Virus record (IMG/VR): IMGVR_UViG_3300016484_000087
Location: 1-31,975 of that record
Source of the DNA: a virus
Lineage: Duplodnaviria; Caudoviricetes
Strand: one strand, 5' to 3'
DNA: 31,975 nucleotides
Below the pieces are notes generated by a model. It had not been told where the DNA came from and did no database searches. It was given only the letters and a program-made list of their open reading frames with translations. Each line of letters begins with the position of its first letter. The first letter of the stretch is position 1. Shown piece by piece: positions 8,600 to 18,241 of the stretch. The position numbers and the translations under genes were made by a program.

Positions 8600-9113
8600 C
8601 TTTGATTTCCTTGAAGAATTCGGGGTGTCTGGTGCTGAAGCTGAACAACCACAAAGTGTTTACGAAAAGTTCATTCTTGAAGTAGGGAACAAAGTCACCG
8701 CCGACCTTCGAAAATACATTGAAGAACACGCGAAGAACACTGGCGCGCTTGCGCAATCGGTCGTGTACTTTCCGACGGGTGCGTTGTCCTTTGAAATTCA
8801 GGCGGACGATTATTATAAGTTCGTCGACCAAGGTGTGAACGGAATCGCAACGAATCATTCAAGTGTGTTTTCATTCAAGACGCCGTTCGTTTCTTATAAC
8901 ATGGCGAAGGCAATTCAGGAATGGAAAGGACTTGAAATGTCACACGCGTTCGCGGTTGCTTCGAACATCAAACAACGTGGTTTGAAACCGAAGCACATCA
9001 CCGACAATGTCATCAATGACAAGGTGCTTGAAATGATTGCGAAGGACTTGACCGAAATAACTGGATTGACGTTTGAAATCAAATTCACAAAGACAACTGA
9101 AAAATGGCAATAA
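8592..9113 (+). CDS. HK97-gp10-like neck/tail completion protein
   Basis: NTGALAQSV...YYKFVDQG resembles the TG.L..S / Y..FVE.G pattern. Confidence 0.55.
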   Translation: MADFDFLEEFGVSGAEAEQPQSVYEKFILEVGNKVTADLRKYIEEHAKNTGALAQSVVYFPTGALSFEIQADDYYKFVDQGVNGIATNHSSVFSFKTPFVSYNMAKAIQEWKGLEMSHAFAVASNIKQRGLKPKHITDNVINDKVLEMIAKDLTEITGLTFEIKFTKTTEKWQ

Positions 9114-10315
9114 CAATCACACAAGAACCACAATACTTTCAACCAGCGTGCAATCCTTACGTTTGGGTTTTCGAAAGCGACCAAACCGCGCAACCGAACT
9201 TCAGCTTCATTGTTGAACTTTACGTCGGTGGTTCACTGGTGTCAACACACCAAGTGTTTAACGAATCAGCGAACTACGCGAAGTTCGACGCAAGCGGTGA
9301 TCTTCGTTGTTTGCTCACAAGTGACATGGTCACAACGGGCGCTTTGCTTACGTTTTACGATCCAGCGGTTGACGTGGTGAACATTCGCGTTTACGAAAAG
9401 TTCGGAACACCGCCAGTGTTGTCGGGAACATTTGTCACGGGAAGGGTGAATCGCGCATGGAACGCTTCGCTTCGACATCCTGACTTCATTAATTACGACC
9501 ATTTGACTTACATGGTTTCAAGGACGAATCCGAATTCAGGGAACATTCTTTTCTTGACTGACTTTCCAAGAACACGAAAGTATTTCGTCGGACTTTACGA
9601 AAACACGTTCTTGACATTCATCAATCGGTCAAAGCCAAACGTTGACTTTTATTTGAAGCTTTACGACATCACTGGTTCATTGGTGACAAGCTACACGGTG
9701 ACGATAAACGTCGGCGACCTGAATGTCATTGATTGTTCACCACAAAACTTGATTGCGAACACACCAGTCACGTTGGTTGATTTCCAGTCAAGCGCTTACT
9801 ATACGATACGCGTTCAGGGTGTTGATCCAGGTGTGAATTCAGGATTCACCGAAACGTTTACATTTTGGATTGACACGGAATGTCACCGATACGACACACA
9901 CCGACTTCATTGGTTGAACAAGCTTGGCGGTTGGGATTCCTTCACATTCACGCTTGTGTCAACGGATTCGACCAACGTCAAGACATCAAGCTACCAACGT
10001 GAACGCGGTCAGTGGGACACGTCTGGAACGGCTTGGGAATATACACGATACCACGGCGAACAAATGGCGTTCAACAAATACGCAATTGATAAGACCGTTT
10101 TGAATTCCGACTGGATTCATGAAAGCGTTCAACAATGGCTTGTTCGTGACCTTTACGAATCGCCAAAAGTTTATCTTGAAATGGGAATCGGAAAGTTCGA
10201 ACCAGTCAAGGTGACAAATGAAGATTACACTTTGAAACAACGTCGTGTCAACGGATTGATTCGTGAAGTCGTGACGCTCGAAAGAACATACACATACAAT
10301 TCACAATTGACTTAA
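9104..10315 (+). CDS. Minor tail structural protein
   Basis: 403-aa beta-rich protein with C-terminal LHWLNKLGGWDSFTF...LYESPKVY, as seen in Bacteroidota phage tail proteins. Confidence 0.6.
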   Translation: MAITITQEPQYFQPACNPYVWVFESDQTAQPNFSFIVELYVGGSLVSTHQVFNESANYAKFDASGDLRCLLTSDMVTTGALLTFYDPAVDVVNIRVYEKFGTPPVLSGTFVTGRVNRAWNASLRHPDFINYDHLTYMVSRTNPNSGNILFLTDFPRTRKYFVGLYENTFLTFINRSKPNVDFYLKLYDITGSLVTSYTVTINVGDLNVIDCSPQNLIANTPVTLVDFQSSAYYTIRVQGVDPGVNSGFTETFTFWIDTECHRYDTHRLHWLNKLGGWDSFTFTLVSTDSTNVKTSSYQRERGQWDTSGTAWEYTRYHGEQMAFNKYAIDKTVLNSDWIHESVQQWLVRDLYESPKVYLEMGIGKFEPVKVTNEDYTLKQRRVNGLIREVVTLERTYTYNSQLT

Positions 10316-12624
10316 TGGCTGGCGAACTTTACATAAACGACCGATTAATTGACATCGACCAAACGTTGCCATTCCCGTTGACGTTCAACATTGCTGACAT
10401 TCGCGATGTGTCCGCAAGGAAAGGGAACAAGTCGAAGACAATCACAATACCAGGAACGAATTCGAACAGCGCGTTGTTCCGTTCAATTTTCTTGTTGACG
10501 TACAGCGACGAAACGACACAAACGAATTCCGCGTTCCTTGACTTCGATCCTTCAATCAAAGCAACGGCGCGATATTACAACAATGGAATTCTTGAATTCA
10601 ATGGAATCGCACAACTTCAGGAATGTAAATTGATTGACGGAACGTGGTCGTTTGATTTGACGCTTGTGTCCGACACGATTGACTACATTTCCAGAATGAA
10701 CAAGGTCAAGATAAACGAACTTGATTTCACTGAATACAATCACGCGTTGACGAAGGCGAATCAATTCGAAACGTGGTCAGGATTAAACCAAGTGAACGGG
10801 GTGTCAACACCGATTCAAACGGGAACTGACTGGGACGGTGTTGGTTATTATTACGGGTTGATTGATTACGGTTATCCAAGGGCAACCGCGGACAAGTTCG
10901 ATTGTGACCAGATTCCACCGCAAGTGTTTGTGTACGGAATCCTGAAGAAGTTATTTCAATACGCTGGAATCACTTGGAATTCAACGTTCCTTGAAAGTCA
11001 ACGATTCAAGAAACTTTTAATGGCTTATTTTGGTGGGAACTTTCCGACAATAACACCAGCGCAACAAACGAATGATTCCGTTTATTCACAAGAAAACAAC
11101 AACGCAAGTGGATTCATTGTCAACGGTTCAACGAATTACACTGGATTCGGCGGTTCTGTATCTTTTCCTGACGCGAATCTTTCCGACGTGGTTGATGTAA
11201 CGGTGACAAGTGATCCATTGTCGCAAGCTACGTCAAGCACGCCGTTTAACATAACAGCGGGAACGACGGGAATGTACACGGTTGAATACAAAGGAAATCA
11301 CCAGCTTGAAATAAAGTTCGACCAAACGACATTGAACTGGTTCAACGTTCGATTGAATTTTTTAATCATTAAGAACGGAACGGTCATCGCTGGCGATGTG
11401 ATTTATCAAGATAGCGTTGTGTCGTTGTCAGGCGATTACCTGAACAACTTCACGTTTGATTATTCACGTCAAATAAATTGTGCAATCAACGACCAGATTA
11501 AATTCGGTGTGACGTTGGTTGTCGAAGCTGGTCTTTCCGTTGGCGTTGACACGTTGACACGAACGATTGAATTGACTTCGACGGGCGCACAAGTCAACTT
11601 CGTCAAGACGGTTCAAGAACTTGTTCCAGGTGGCACGGTTGCCGTTGGTTCGTTCTTGCCTGACATGACTGGTGACGTATTCTTCAAAGGTCTTGTGACG
11701 ATGTTCAACTTAATGGTCAAACCGTCAACACAAGATTCAAGCGTTTTGGAAATCGAACCATTGTCCGAATTTTACAATTCATCACAAGACGCGCTTGACT
11801 GGACGCAACTTGTTGACTACTCAAAAGAACTGAATGTTCAACCGACAATCAACTACGCGTCAAAAGAATACAATTTCAACTTCAAACAAGACGGTGATTA
11901 CTGGAACGGACAATATCAAAATGAATACCTTGACAATTACGGCGAATTCGCCATATTAAGCCAGTCGCAATATGCGACCGAAGTGACGAACATGGCGTTG
12001 CCATTCAGTCAAAAGCCGTTGGTTGAGATTCATCCGTCGTTGATTGTTCCAGCGTCTTATCAAGTCAACTTTGATTCGGCTGGCGCTGGTCAAGTCGTGC
12101 CGAAGAAGGGTAGCGCGTTTATTGTGTACGTTGGTCGCATGCGTCCAGCTACATGGAAATATCACGACGAATTCAACAACCAACACAACTTGACTGAATA
12201 TCCTTACGTCGGACATTTGGATGACATCGACACGCCGACATCGGACTTGAACTTCGGTGTTCCGCAAAAGGTCTACTATCCAGCTACGGTGTACACGAAC
12301 AACAACTTGTTGCAATATCACAACACGTTCATTCAAGAACTTGTGTCAAGATACGGAAAGCTGTTGACATGCTTCGCAAAGATTGACACGTCAATAATCA
12401 ATTCGCTTGATTTCCGCAATCTAATCAACATCAACGGCGTTGTGTATCGTTTGCAAAAGATAAGCGATTACGATTCAACAAAAGACCGCACAACACAAAT
12501 CGAATTGTTGCGATTGATCCAAGGCGAAGGGACACCGATTGAAGACGAATTCGAAACTGAAGGTTCAACACCGCAACCAATAATCACTGAAGTAAACAAT
12601 AACACAATAATAAGAGAACAATAA
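10315..12624 (+). CDS. Tail tip / baseplate hub-like structural protein
   Basis: 769 aa with N-terminal LTFNIADIRD...SKTITIPGT, located in the tail cluster. Confidence 0.6.
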   Translation: MAGELYINDRLIDIDQTLPFPLTFNIADIRDVSARKGNKSKTITIPGTNSNSALFRSIFLLTYSDETTQTNSAFLDFDPSIKATARYYNNGILEFNGIAQLQECKLIDGTWSFDLTLVSDTIDYISRMNKVKINELDFTEYNHALTKANQFETWSGLNQVNGVSTPIQTGTDWDGVGYYYGLIDYGYPRATADKFDCDQIPPQVFVYGILKKLFQYAGITWNSTFLESQRFKKLLMAYFGGNFPTITPAQQTNDSVYSQENNNASGFIVNGSTNYTGFGGSVSFPDANLSDVVDVTVTSDPLSQATSSTPFNITAGTTGMYTVEYKGNHQLEIKFDQTTLNWFNVRLNFLIIKNGTVIAGDVIYQDSVVSLSGDYLNNFTFDYSRQINCAINDQIKFGVTLVVEAGLSVGVDTLTRTIELTSTGAQVNFVKTVQELVPGGTVAVGSFLPDMTGDVFFKGLVTMFNLMVKPSTQDSSVLEIEPLSEFYNSSQDALDWTQLVDYSKELNVQPTINYASKEYNFNFKQDGDYWNGQYQNEYLDNYGEFAILSQSQYATEVTNMALPFSQKPLVEIHPSLIVPASYQVNFDSAGAGQVVPKKGSAFIVYVGRMRPATWKYHDEFNNQHNLTEYPYVGHLDDIDTPTSDLNFGVPQKVYYPATVYTNNNLLQYHNTFIQELVSRYGKLLTCFAKIDTSIINSLDFRNLININGVVYRLQKISDYDSTKDRTTQIELLRLIQGEGTPIEDEFETEGSTPQPIITEVNNNTIIREQ

Positions 12625-12625
12625 C

Positions 12626-13243
12626 ATGGCACAAATTAAGATAAGCGAATTAATACCGAAGGACGCGCCGTTGTCAACAAGCGATTTACTTCTAATCGCA
12701 CAAGAAACACCAGACGGCTTTGAATCAAGGTCAATCACTGGACGTGATATTATTGACGCGATTCCAGTTCCTGAAATCAATCCACGATTGCTTGGTTTTT
12801 CTGGAAAAATCGGAACACAAACAACGACGAATGTTATCACAATTTGTCATTCCGTTTTGATTCCAGCGAACACATTTTCAAATAATAACATTCTTGAAAT
12901 TATGTTCAGAATGTTCCGTCAATCTGGGAATCTTGGTCAAATGTACGGACGCATGTATTTCAACACCGCAAACACTTTGACGGGTGCGACCTTGTTCAAC
13001 ACGACATTCACAATGAATGGTGGTTCGACTCAATATCTTGGTTATTGTCAAAGAACTTTTAATTATAACGGAACTAACTTAACTAATTTCACAAATACTT
13101 TTTATTCAGATTTTACAACGGGAACGGTTATTAATGTTCCATTCAATGCAACGGTTGACAATTATTTGTTATTAACAATGCAATGTCAAAATGTGAACGA
13201 CATCGCGAATATCGACCTTTTTAAAATTTTAGCTTATGTTTAA
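12626..13243 (+). CDS. Minor tail / putative receptor-binding protein
   Basis: MAQIKISEL N-terminus typical of tail appendage proteins, with a T/N-rich beta C-terminal part. Confidence 0.5.
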   Translation: MAQIKISELIPKDAPLSTSDLLLIAQETPDGFESRSITGRDIIDAIPVPEINPRLLGFSGKIGTQTTTNVITICHSVLIPANTFSNNNILEIMFRMFRQSGNLGQMYGRMYFNTANTLTGATLFNTTFTMNGGSTQYLGYCQRTFNYNGTNLTNFTNTFYSDFTTGTVINVPFNATVDNYLLLTMQCQNVNDIANIDLFKILAYV

Positions 13244-13439
13244 TTTAACCACAAATCCGAACGGGTTCACAATGAACGAACTTGAATATCACTTCGACGG
13301 CGACGCTGAAATTCTCAACGAAACACAAGCGCACGTTCCAACGGATCGCGGTATGATATTCATGGACACGACCATGACCATTTACAACGAATCATTCACA
13401 AACATCAACGACTTTTTAACAAAGCTTTATGGCAACTAA
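13236..13439 (+). CDS. Hypothetical protein
   Basis: 67-aa ORF overlapping both neighbours. Confidence 0.6.
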   Translation: MFNLTTNPNGFTMNELEYHFDGDAEILNETQAHVPTDRGMIFMDTTMTIYNESFTNINDFLTKLYGN

Positions 13440-16035
13440 AGAAGCGGTTTTTAATGTAAAGGTAAACACTGGAAATTCAGTTCAAGACCTTCAAGAAACG
13501 GACAAAGCTGTCAATCAACTTGGTCAGGATTTGCAAAAAACGCAAACGACAGCGAAGGATACAACTGGAATGGACGCCTACGCGCAAAAGCTTGCGGAAC
13601 TTGACGCACGTCTTGACGCTGGTGGTTTGTCAATGCGTGAAATGACGCAATTGATGAAAGAATACCAGACGGTAGCGGTTCAAGCTGGAACGGAATCACC
13701 AATCGGTGCGCAAGCTATTCAAAGCGCTGGACAATTGAAGGATGAAATCGGTGACATCAAAGCGCAAACAACCGCGTTGTCATCCGACTTCGTTGGTCTT
13801 GACACGGCAATGGCTGGAATATCAACGGGGACGGCTGTGTTCCAAGGTATGCAATCCGCAATGGCGTTAACTGGTGGTGAAAACGAAGAACTTGTTCAAA
13901 CAATGGTCAAGCTTCAAGCGGTTCAAGGTGTGGTCAATGCGGTTTCAACCGTTGCGAATAACCTAAATAAAGAAGCGATTCTTGGAATTCAAATCCGAAA
14001 CGGATTGACCAAGATTCAAAACTGGTTGATGACTGGAACGGCTGGTGCAACTACATTGACGGCAACGGCTTCAGGTGGACTTGCAACGGCACAAGGCGCG
14101 GTTGCGGTTTCAACGAATGTGGCTTCAGGCGCGATGAAAGCTTTTCGTGGTGCTTTGCTTGCGACGGGTATCGGTGCGGTTGTTGTGTTGGTTGGTGCTT
14201 TGGTTGTTGCGTTCGAACAAATGGGTGACGAAGCTGAAAAGCAATCAGCTAAATTGAAAGCGCTTGAAGATAGTATTGAAAATCTTGGAAACGTTCAACA
14301 ATTCGAAGCGGACTTGTTGACAACATTAAACGAACGCGCCATTCTTGAAGCAAAACTTCGTGGTGCTTCGGACAATGAATTGTTGAAACTTGAAAAACAA
14401 AACACGAAAGCACGAATCGAACAACGCTGGAAACACTTGGACGAAGTCATCAAGACGAACAGCAAAATTGTCAACAATGAGAATTCAACATCCGAACAAT
14501 TAAAGAAGGCACAAGACAAAATTGCGTCGGCTCAAACGGAACAAAAGAATTTAACCTATTCAATACAAAACGAAAAATTAAAATTCCAGCTTCAAGACCA
14601 AGAAATCGCGAAGAAGCAAAATGAAGAAGCGGAAAAGAATCGTGAAAAAGCAAAACAAAACGCTGAAAAAAGAAAACAAGAACAACTTAAAATTCGTGAA
14701 GAATTACTTCGTGGACTTCAGGAATCAATCAATCGTGAAATGGAAATTCGCGAAGCGCTTGAAGACGTGAAAATAAAATTCATCAAGGACGAAACACAAC
14801 AAGCAATCGAATCGGTCAAGGAACAATACGGTGACTGGCGCGACCAGTTCATCAAGCAATCCGCGAAGAAAGAAATCGAAGCGCTTGACGAAAAGTTCAA
14901 GAAGGGAAAAATGTCCGAACAAGATTATCGAAACGAACTTCAAGCAATCATGACTGGCGCGGTTGATAAGATGACCACGTCCGAAAAAGAATTGATGACC
15001 GCGAAGAATCTTGAAATGCAAAACGACATCCAAAAGATTACGGACGAAGCGACAACAAGGGAACTTGAAAAACAAGCGGAAAAAGAAAAGAAAAAACTTG
15101 AATTGATTGACGCTTACAAACGATCCGTGAACGACGTTTATCAAAACGAATTGCTTGACTTTGAGAACGCGCAAAAGGAACAAATCAAAGCGTTGAATGA
15201 AGCACATCAACAACAGCTTATCACGGACGAAGAATATATGAAAGCGCAAGAAGCGCTTGAGAAACAATACGATGACAAGATTGTCGAATTGAATAAAAAG
15301 AAAAACGAAGCGATTGAGCAAGCGAATAAAAAGAAAAATGAAGAAGCGATGAAAGACATTCAAGCTGTACTTGACACGGCTGGAAAGTATTTCGATGAAA
15401 TTAAAAAGGTCAATGAATTATTGAACCAACTTGACCAAGTTCGTCTTGATAAAATCGCAAAGAATCGTGAAGACGACTTAACAAATCTGGACGCGAAAAT
15501 GCAAGCTGAATTAAGCGCTGAAGGATTGACCGCGGAACAAAAGAAAGCCATTGAAGAAAATTTCGCGAAACAAAAATATCAAGTTCAGCTTCAGGCGTAC
15601 AACGAAGAAGAAAAAATAAAGAAGGCGCAATTCAATCGTGACAAAGCGATTCGTATTGGTCAAATCGCAATGGATACCGCTGGCGCAATTGTTAAAGCGG
15701 TTAGCGCTTCACCATTAACATTCGGTTTACCTTGGTCGGCGTTCGCTGGTGCGCTTGGAATCGCGCAAGCTGGAATCGTTGCAAGTCAGCAATACAAGTC
15801 AGGGAAAGCGCCGACAATGCCGTCGTTGTCTGGTGGTGGTGGTGGTTCAGCAACTGGTGCAAGCGCGTCTTCATTCACGTCGTCGAATCAAGGAACTTTG
15901 ACCGCTGGATTGACTGGTGTTCAACAAGGCACGCCAACAACAACAACACCAGCGACACAAGTTTATGTTCTTGAAAGCGACATTTCAGCGACGCAAAACA
16001 AAGTTAAGCTTCAAGAATCCAAAACAAGTTTTTAA
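13429..16035 (+). CDS. Tail tape measure protein
   Basis: 868 aa with Ala/Gly-rich hydrophobic segments (ALLATGIGAVVVLVGALVVAF) and long K/E/Q coiled coils. Confidence 0.85.
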   Translation: MATKEAVFNVKVNTGNSVQDLQETDKAVNQLGQDLQKTQTTAKDTTGMDAYAQKLAELDARLDAGGLSMREMTQLMKEYQTVAVQAGTESPIGAQAIQSAGQLKDEIGDIKAQTTALSSDFVGLDTAMAGISTGTAVFQGMQSAMALTGGENEELVQTMVKLQAVQGVVNAVSTVANNLNKEAILGIQIRNGLTKIQNWLMTGTAGATTLTATASGGLATAQGAVAVSTNVASGAMKAFRGALLATGIGAVVVLVGALVVAFEQMGDEAEKQSAKLKALEDSIENLGNVQQFEADLLTTLNERAILEAKLRGASDNELLKLEKQNTKARIEQRWKHLDEVIKTNSKIVNNENSTSEQLKKAQDKIASAQTEQKNLTYSIQNEKLKFQLQDQEIAKKQNEEAEKNREKAKQNAEKRKQEQLKIREELLRGLQESINREMEIREALEDVKIKFIKDETQQAIESVKEQYGDWRDQFIKQSAKKEIEALDEKFKKGKMSEQDYRNELQAIMTGAVDKMTTSEKELMTAKNLEMQNDIQKITDEATTRELEKQAEKEKKKLELIDAYKRSVNDVYQNELLDFENAQKEQIKALNEAHQQQLITDEEYMKAQEALEKQYDDKIVELNKKKNEAIEQANKKKNEEAMKDIQAVLDTAGKYFDEIKKVNELLNQLDQVRLDKIAKNREDDLTNLDAKMQAELSAEGLTAEQKKAIEENFAKQKYQVQLQAYNEEEKIKKAQFNRDKAIRIGQIAMDTAGAIVKAVSASPLTFGLPWSAFAGALGIAQAGIVASQQYKSGKAPTMPSLSGGGGGSATGASASSFTSSNQGTLTAGLTGVQQGTPTTTTPATQVYVLESDISATQNKVKLQESKTSF

Positions 16036-16666
16036 GCCACGAACGACCGCGCGTTGTCAGGAATGAATCGGACGTTGAGAAACAACCATACGTCCGAAGT
16101 AGTTCTTCGGCTTTGGGAATGTTGTCTTTTGCAAGCTTGACGTTCACACCTTTGCGAATGAATTCAGGTGAATTCATGTTCAGGTAAATTGACTTGATAA
16201 AATGGTTGTATCTTTTCCATTCAATCAGTTCAAAGATTTCAAGCAACTTGTCGGAATTCATCAACACTGGTGAATGTGTTTCGAAATTCCACAACGGACG
16301 TTCATAGTATTTCAAGAATTCCATTGTGTTGAACATCGCTTCACGGTAGTGTGACGGGTGTCGTGGATTCAATTCAAATTCACCTGAATGAATCGGAATG
16401 TCGGCGCGAAGTTTTGGCGTGATATAAAAGTCGTCGTTCATGTATATGAAATCACCACCACGTTCACGGGCAAAGGTCAACATTTTATTTGTCACGTCCG
16501 CGCCACGAATGTTGTTTAATTGCGGACAAGGAATGTTGTCAATGGTCGCGACCTTATCGCCAACGGTTACGATGTGCGCTTCAGGGAACGACATCCGAAT
16601 GAATCGGATTGATTGTTGAATGTCGAAGTCATCGCGACTTCTTCGATAAGGGAATACAAATGTCAT
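16004..16666 (-). CDS. Stealth-like / GT-A sugar(-phosphate) transferase
   Basis: DIQQSIRFI...HIVTVG and DFIYMNDDFY resemble Stealth CR2 (LRYSLRS...FIYxNDD). It is the only credible minus-strand gene. Confidence 0.6.
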   Translation of the reverse strand: MTFVFPYRRSRDDFDIQQSIRFIRMSFPEAHIVTVGDKVATIDNIPCPQLNNIRGADVTNKMLTFARERGGDFIYMNDDFYITPKLRADIPIHSGEFELNPRHPSHYREAMFNTMEFLKYYERPLWNFETHSPVLMNSDKLLEIFELIEWKRYNHFIKSIYLNMNSPEFIRKGVNVKLAKDNIPKAEELLRTYGCFSTSDSFLTTRGRSWLKNLFWILEA

Positions 16667-16686
16667 CGAACAAATTTACATATTAT
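16667..16686 (+). promoter_or_regulatory. Candidate phage late-promoter motif, copy 3
   Basis: CGAACAAATTTACATATTAT occupies most of the 26-bp gap before ATG 16693. Confidence 0.6.
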
Positions 16687-16692
16687 AATAAC

Positions 16693-17598
16693 ATGAGAAA
16701 AGAACTACCAGTTTACGAAATCATGATTGACCTTAACGATCCAGAAACGACCGTTTCGTTCAATTCATTGGTTGAATTTCCAGCGCACGAAAAGAACTTC
16801 GAAACATTCAACAAGCGTGTCAAGTACGAATTCAACGAAGAACAACAAGTCATCACGGGAATCGCGATTTCAGCGGACACACCGATATATCGATACGACG
16901 ACGAATCAAAAGAAGAATACTATGTTGTATTCACGAAGGACGCCATTCGCGACATCGTGCTTGATTACGCACGTCGGAATAATTTCAACAACGTCAACCT
17001 TGACCACAATCCGCACCGTGTTGTTGACGGCGTGTTCATGACAATGTCTTATCAAATCGACAATGAACGTGGCTTCACCGCACCTGAACGATTCAAGGAC
17101 GCGAACGACGGTTCATGGTTGGTTAGTTACAAAGTTACTGACAAGGCGTTGTTTGAAAAAGCAAAGAACGGTGAATTCAACGGCTTCAGTATTGAAGGTG
17201 TTTTCACTTTGCTTGAAACTGACAAGACCAAGGAAAGCGAATTCGAATCAATCTTGAAAGAAGTGGAATTGTGGCGACGCAACATCGAACGAATCCGAAT
17301 GTTCAATGACTATCCTGAAGCGGTATCGAACAACGCAAAACGTGGAATCGAATTGAATGAAAAGAACGGCAACAAATGCGCCACGCGTGTCGGTCGTTTA
17401 CGCGCGACCACCTTGTCGAACCGCGACACCGTTTCGTTGCAAGTGATAAAAAGAATGTATTCGTATTTGTCACGCGCTGAAGCTTATTACAACGAAAGCG
17501 ACACGTCCGCTTGTGGAACGATTTCATTCTTATTGTGGGGTGGTAAAGCTGGACTTCGTTGGTCGGAATCCAAGCTGAAGGAACTTGGTGAACTTTAA
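16693..17598 (+). CDS. XkdF-like prohead (capsid maturation) protease with an extra C-terminal domain
   Basis: SLVEFPA, ITGIAISADTPIYR, GSWLVSYKV and GEFNGFSIEG. Extra domain NDYPEAVSNNAKRG...VIKRMYSYLSR...LLWGG. Confidence 0.7.
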   Translation: MRKELPVYEIMIDLNDPETTVSFNSLVEFPAHEKNFETFNKRVKYEFNEEQQVITGIAISADTPIYRYDDESKEEYYVVFTKDAIRDIVLDYARRNNFNNVNLDHNPHRVVDGVFMTMSYQIDNERGFTAPERFKDANDGSWLVSYKVTDKALFEKAKNGEFNGFSIEGVFTLLETDKTKESEFESILKEVELWRRNIERIRMFNDYPEAVSNNAKRGIELNEKNGNKCATRVGRLRATTLSNRDTVSLQVIKRMYSYLSRAEAYYNESDTSACGTISFLLWGGKAGLRWSESKLKELGEL

Positions 17599-17602
17599 TT
17601 TT

Positions 17603-17622
17603 CGAACAAGATTACATATTAT
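17603..17622 (+). promoter_or_regulatory. Candidate phage late-promoter motif, copy 4
   Basis: CGAACAAGATTACATATTAT, starting 32 nt before the scaffold ATG 17635. Confidence 0.6.
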
Positions 17623-17634
17623 AAAAAACACAAA

Positions 17635-18237
17635 ATGAACGCATACGAAAAAGTAATGAACGAACTTGGAAAAATCAAATCCATGTTTGAAACAGCAACC
17701 GAAGAAACGGTTCAAACTACATTTGAAACGGCGACTTTATTAGACGGTGAAACGACCATTGAATTCGAAACACTTGAAGCTGGTCAACAAGTTTTCATCG
17801 TGACACCTGAAGGTCGTATTCCAGCACCTGAAGGAACGCACGCGCTTGGTGGCGATTACACTGGTGTGACAATCGTTGTTGACGCTGACGGATTCATCGT
17901 TGAAGTTATGGACGAAAGAGGAACTGAAGAAGCACCAGCGGAACAAGCACAAGCGGAACAAGCACCCGTTGAACAATCAATGTCCGCTGACGATGTTGAA
18001 GCAATCGTAAATGGAAAACTTGAAACGTTGACAACTACTTTCGAAGCGGTTGTTGAAACATTGAAAAGTATTTCCGAAGACAACGCGTCACTTCGAAATG
18101 AAATTGCTTCTTTGAAAGCTGACTTCGAAAGCTTCAAAGCAATGCCTTCGAATGAAACAAAAGAAGGTGAGAAATTCTCACGGGTTGGCAACCTTACAGC
18201 TAAACAACAATTTTTAAAACAATACAAAAACCTATAA
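17635..18237 (+). CDS. Putative capsid scaffolding protein
   Basis: Acidic with a C-terminal coiled coil and PAPEGTH, lying between the protease and major capsid genes. Confidence 0.6.
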   Translation: MNAYEKVMNELGKIKSMFETATEETVQTTFETATLLDGETTIEFETLEAGQQVFIVTPEGRIPAPEGTHALGGDYTGVTIVVDADGFIVEVMDERGTEEAPAEQAQAEQAPVEQSMSADDVEAIVNGKLETLTTTFEAVVETLKSISEDNASLRNEIASLKADFESFKAMPSNETKEGEKFSRVGNLTAKQQFLKQYKNL

Positions 18238-18241
18238 AATC

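Noticed and set aside
14295-15551. Several long minus-strand ORFs (e.g. 14725..15363, 212 aa)
   Set aside because: Antisense shadows of the K/E-rich tape measure with F/L/S-rich low-complexity translations. Scarcity of TTA/CTA on the + strand lengthens such shadows genome-wide.
15830-15960. GGT and ACA short tandem repeats
   Set aside because: They simply encode Gly and Thr linkers in the tape-measure C-terminus.
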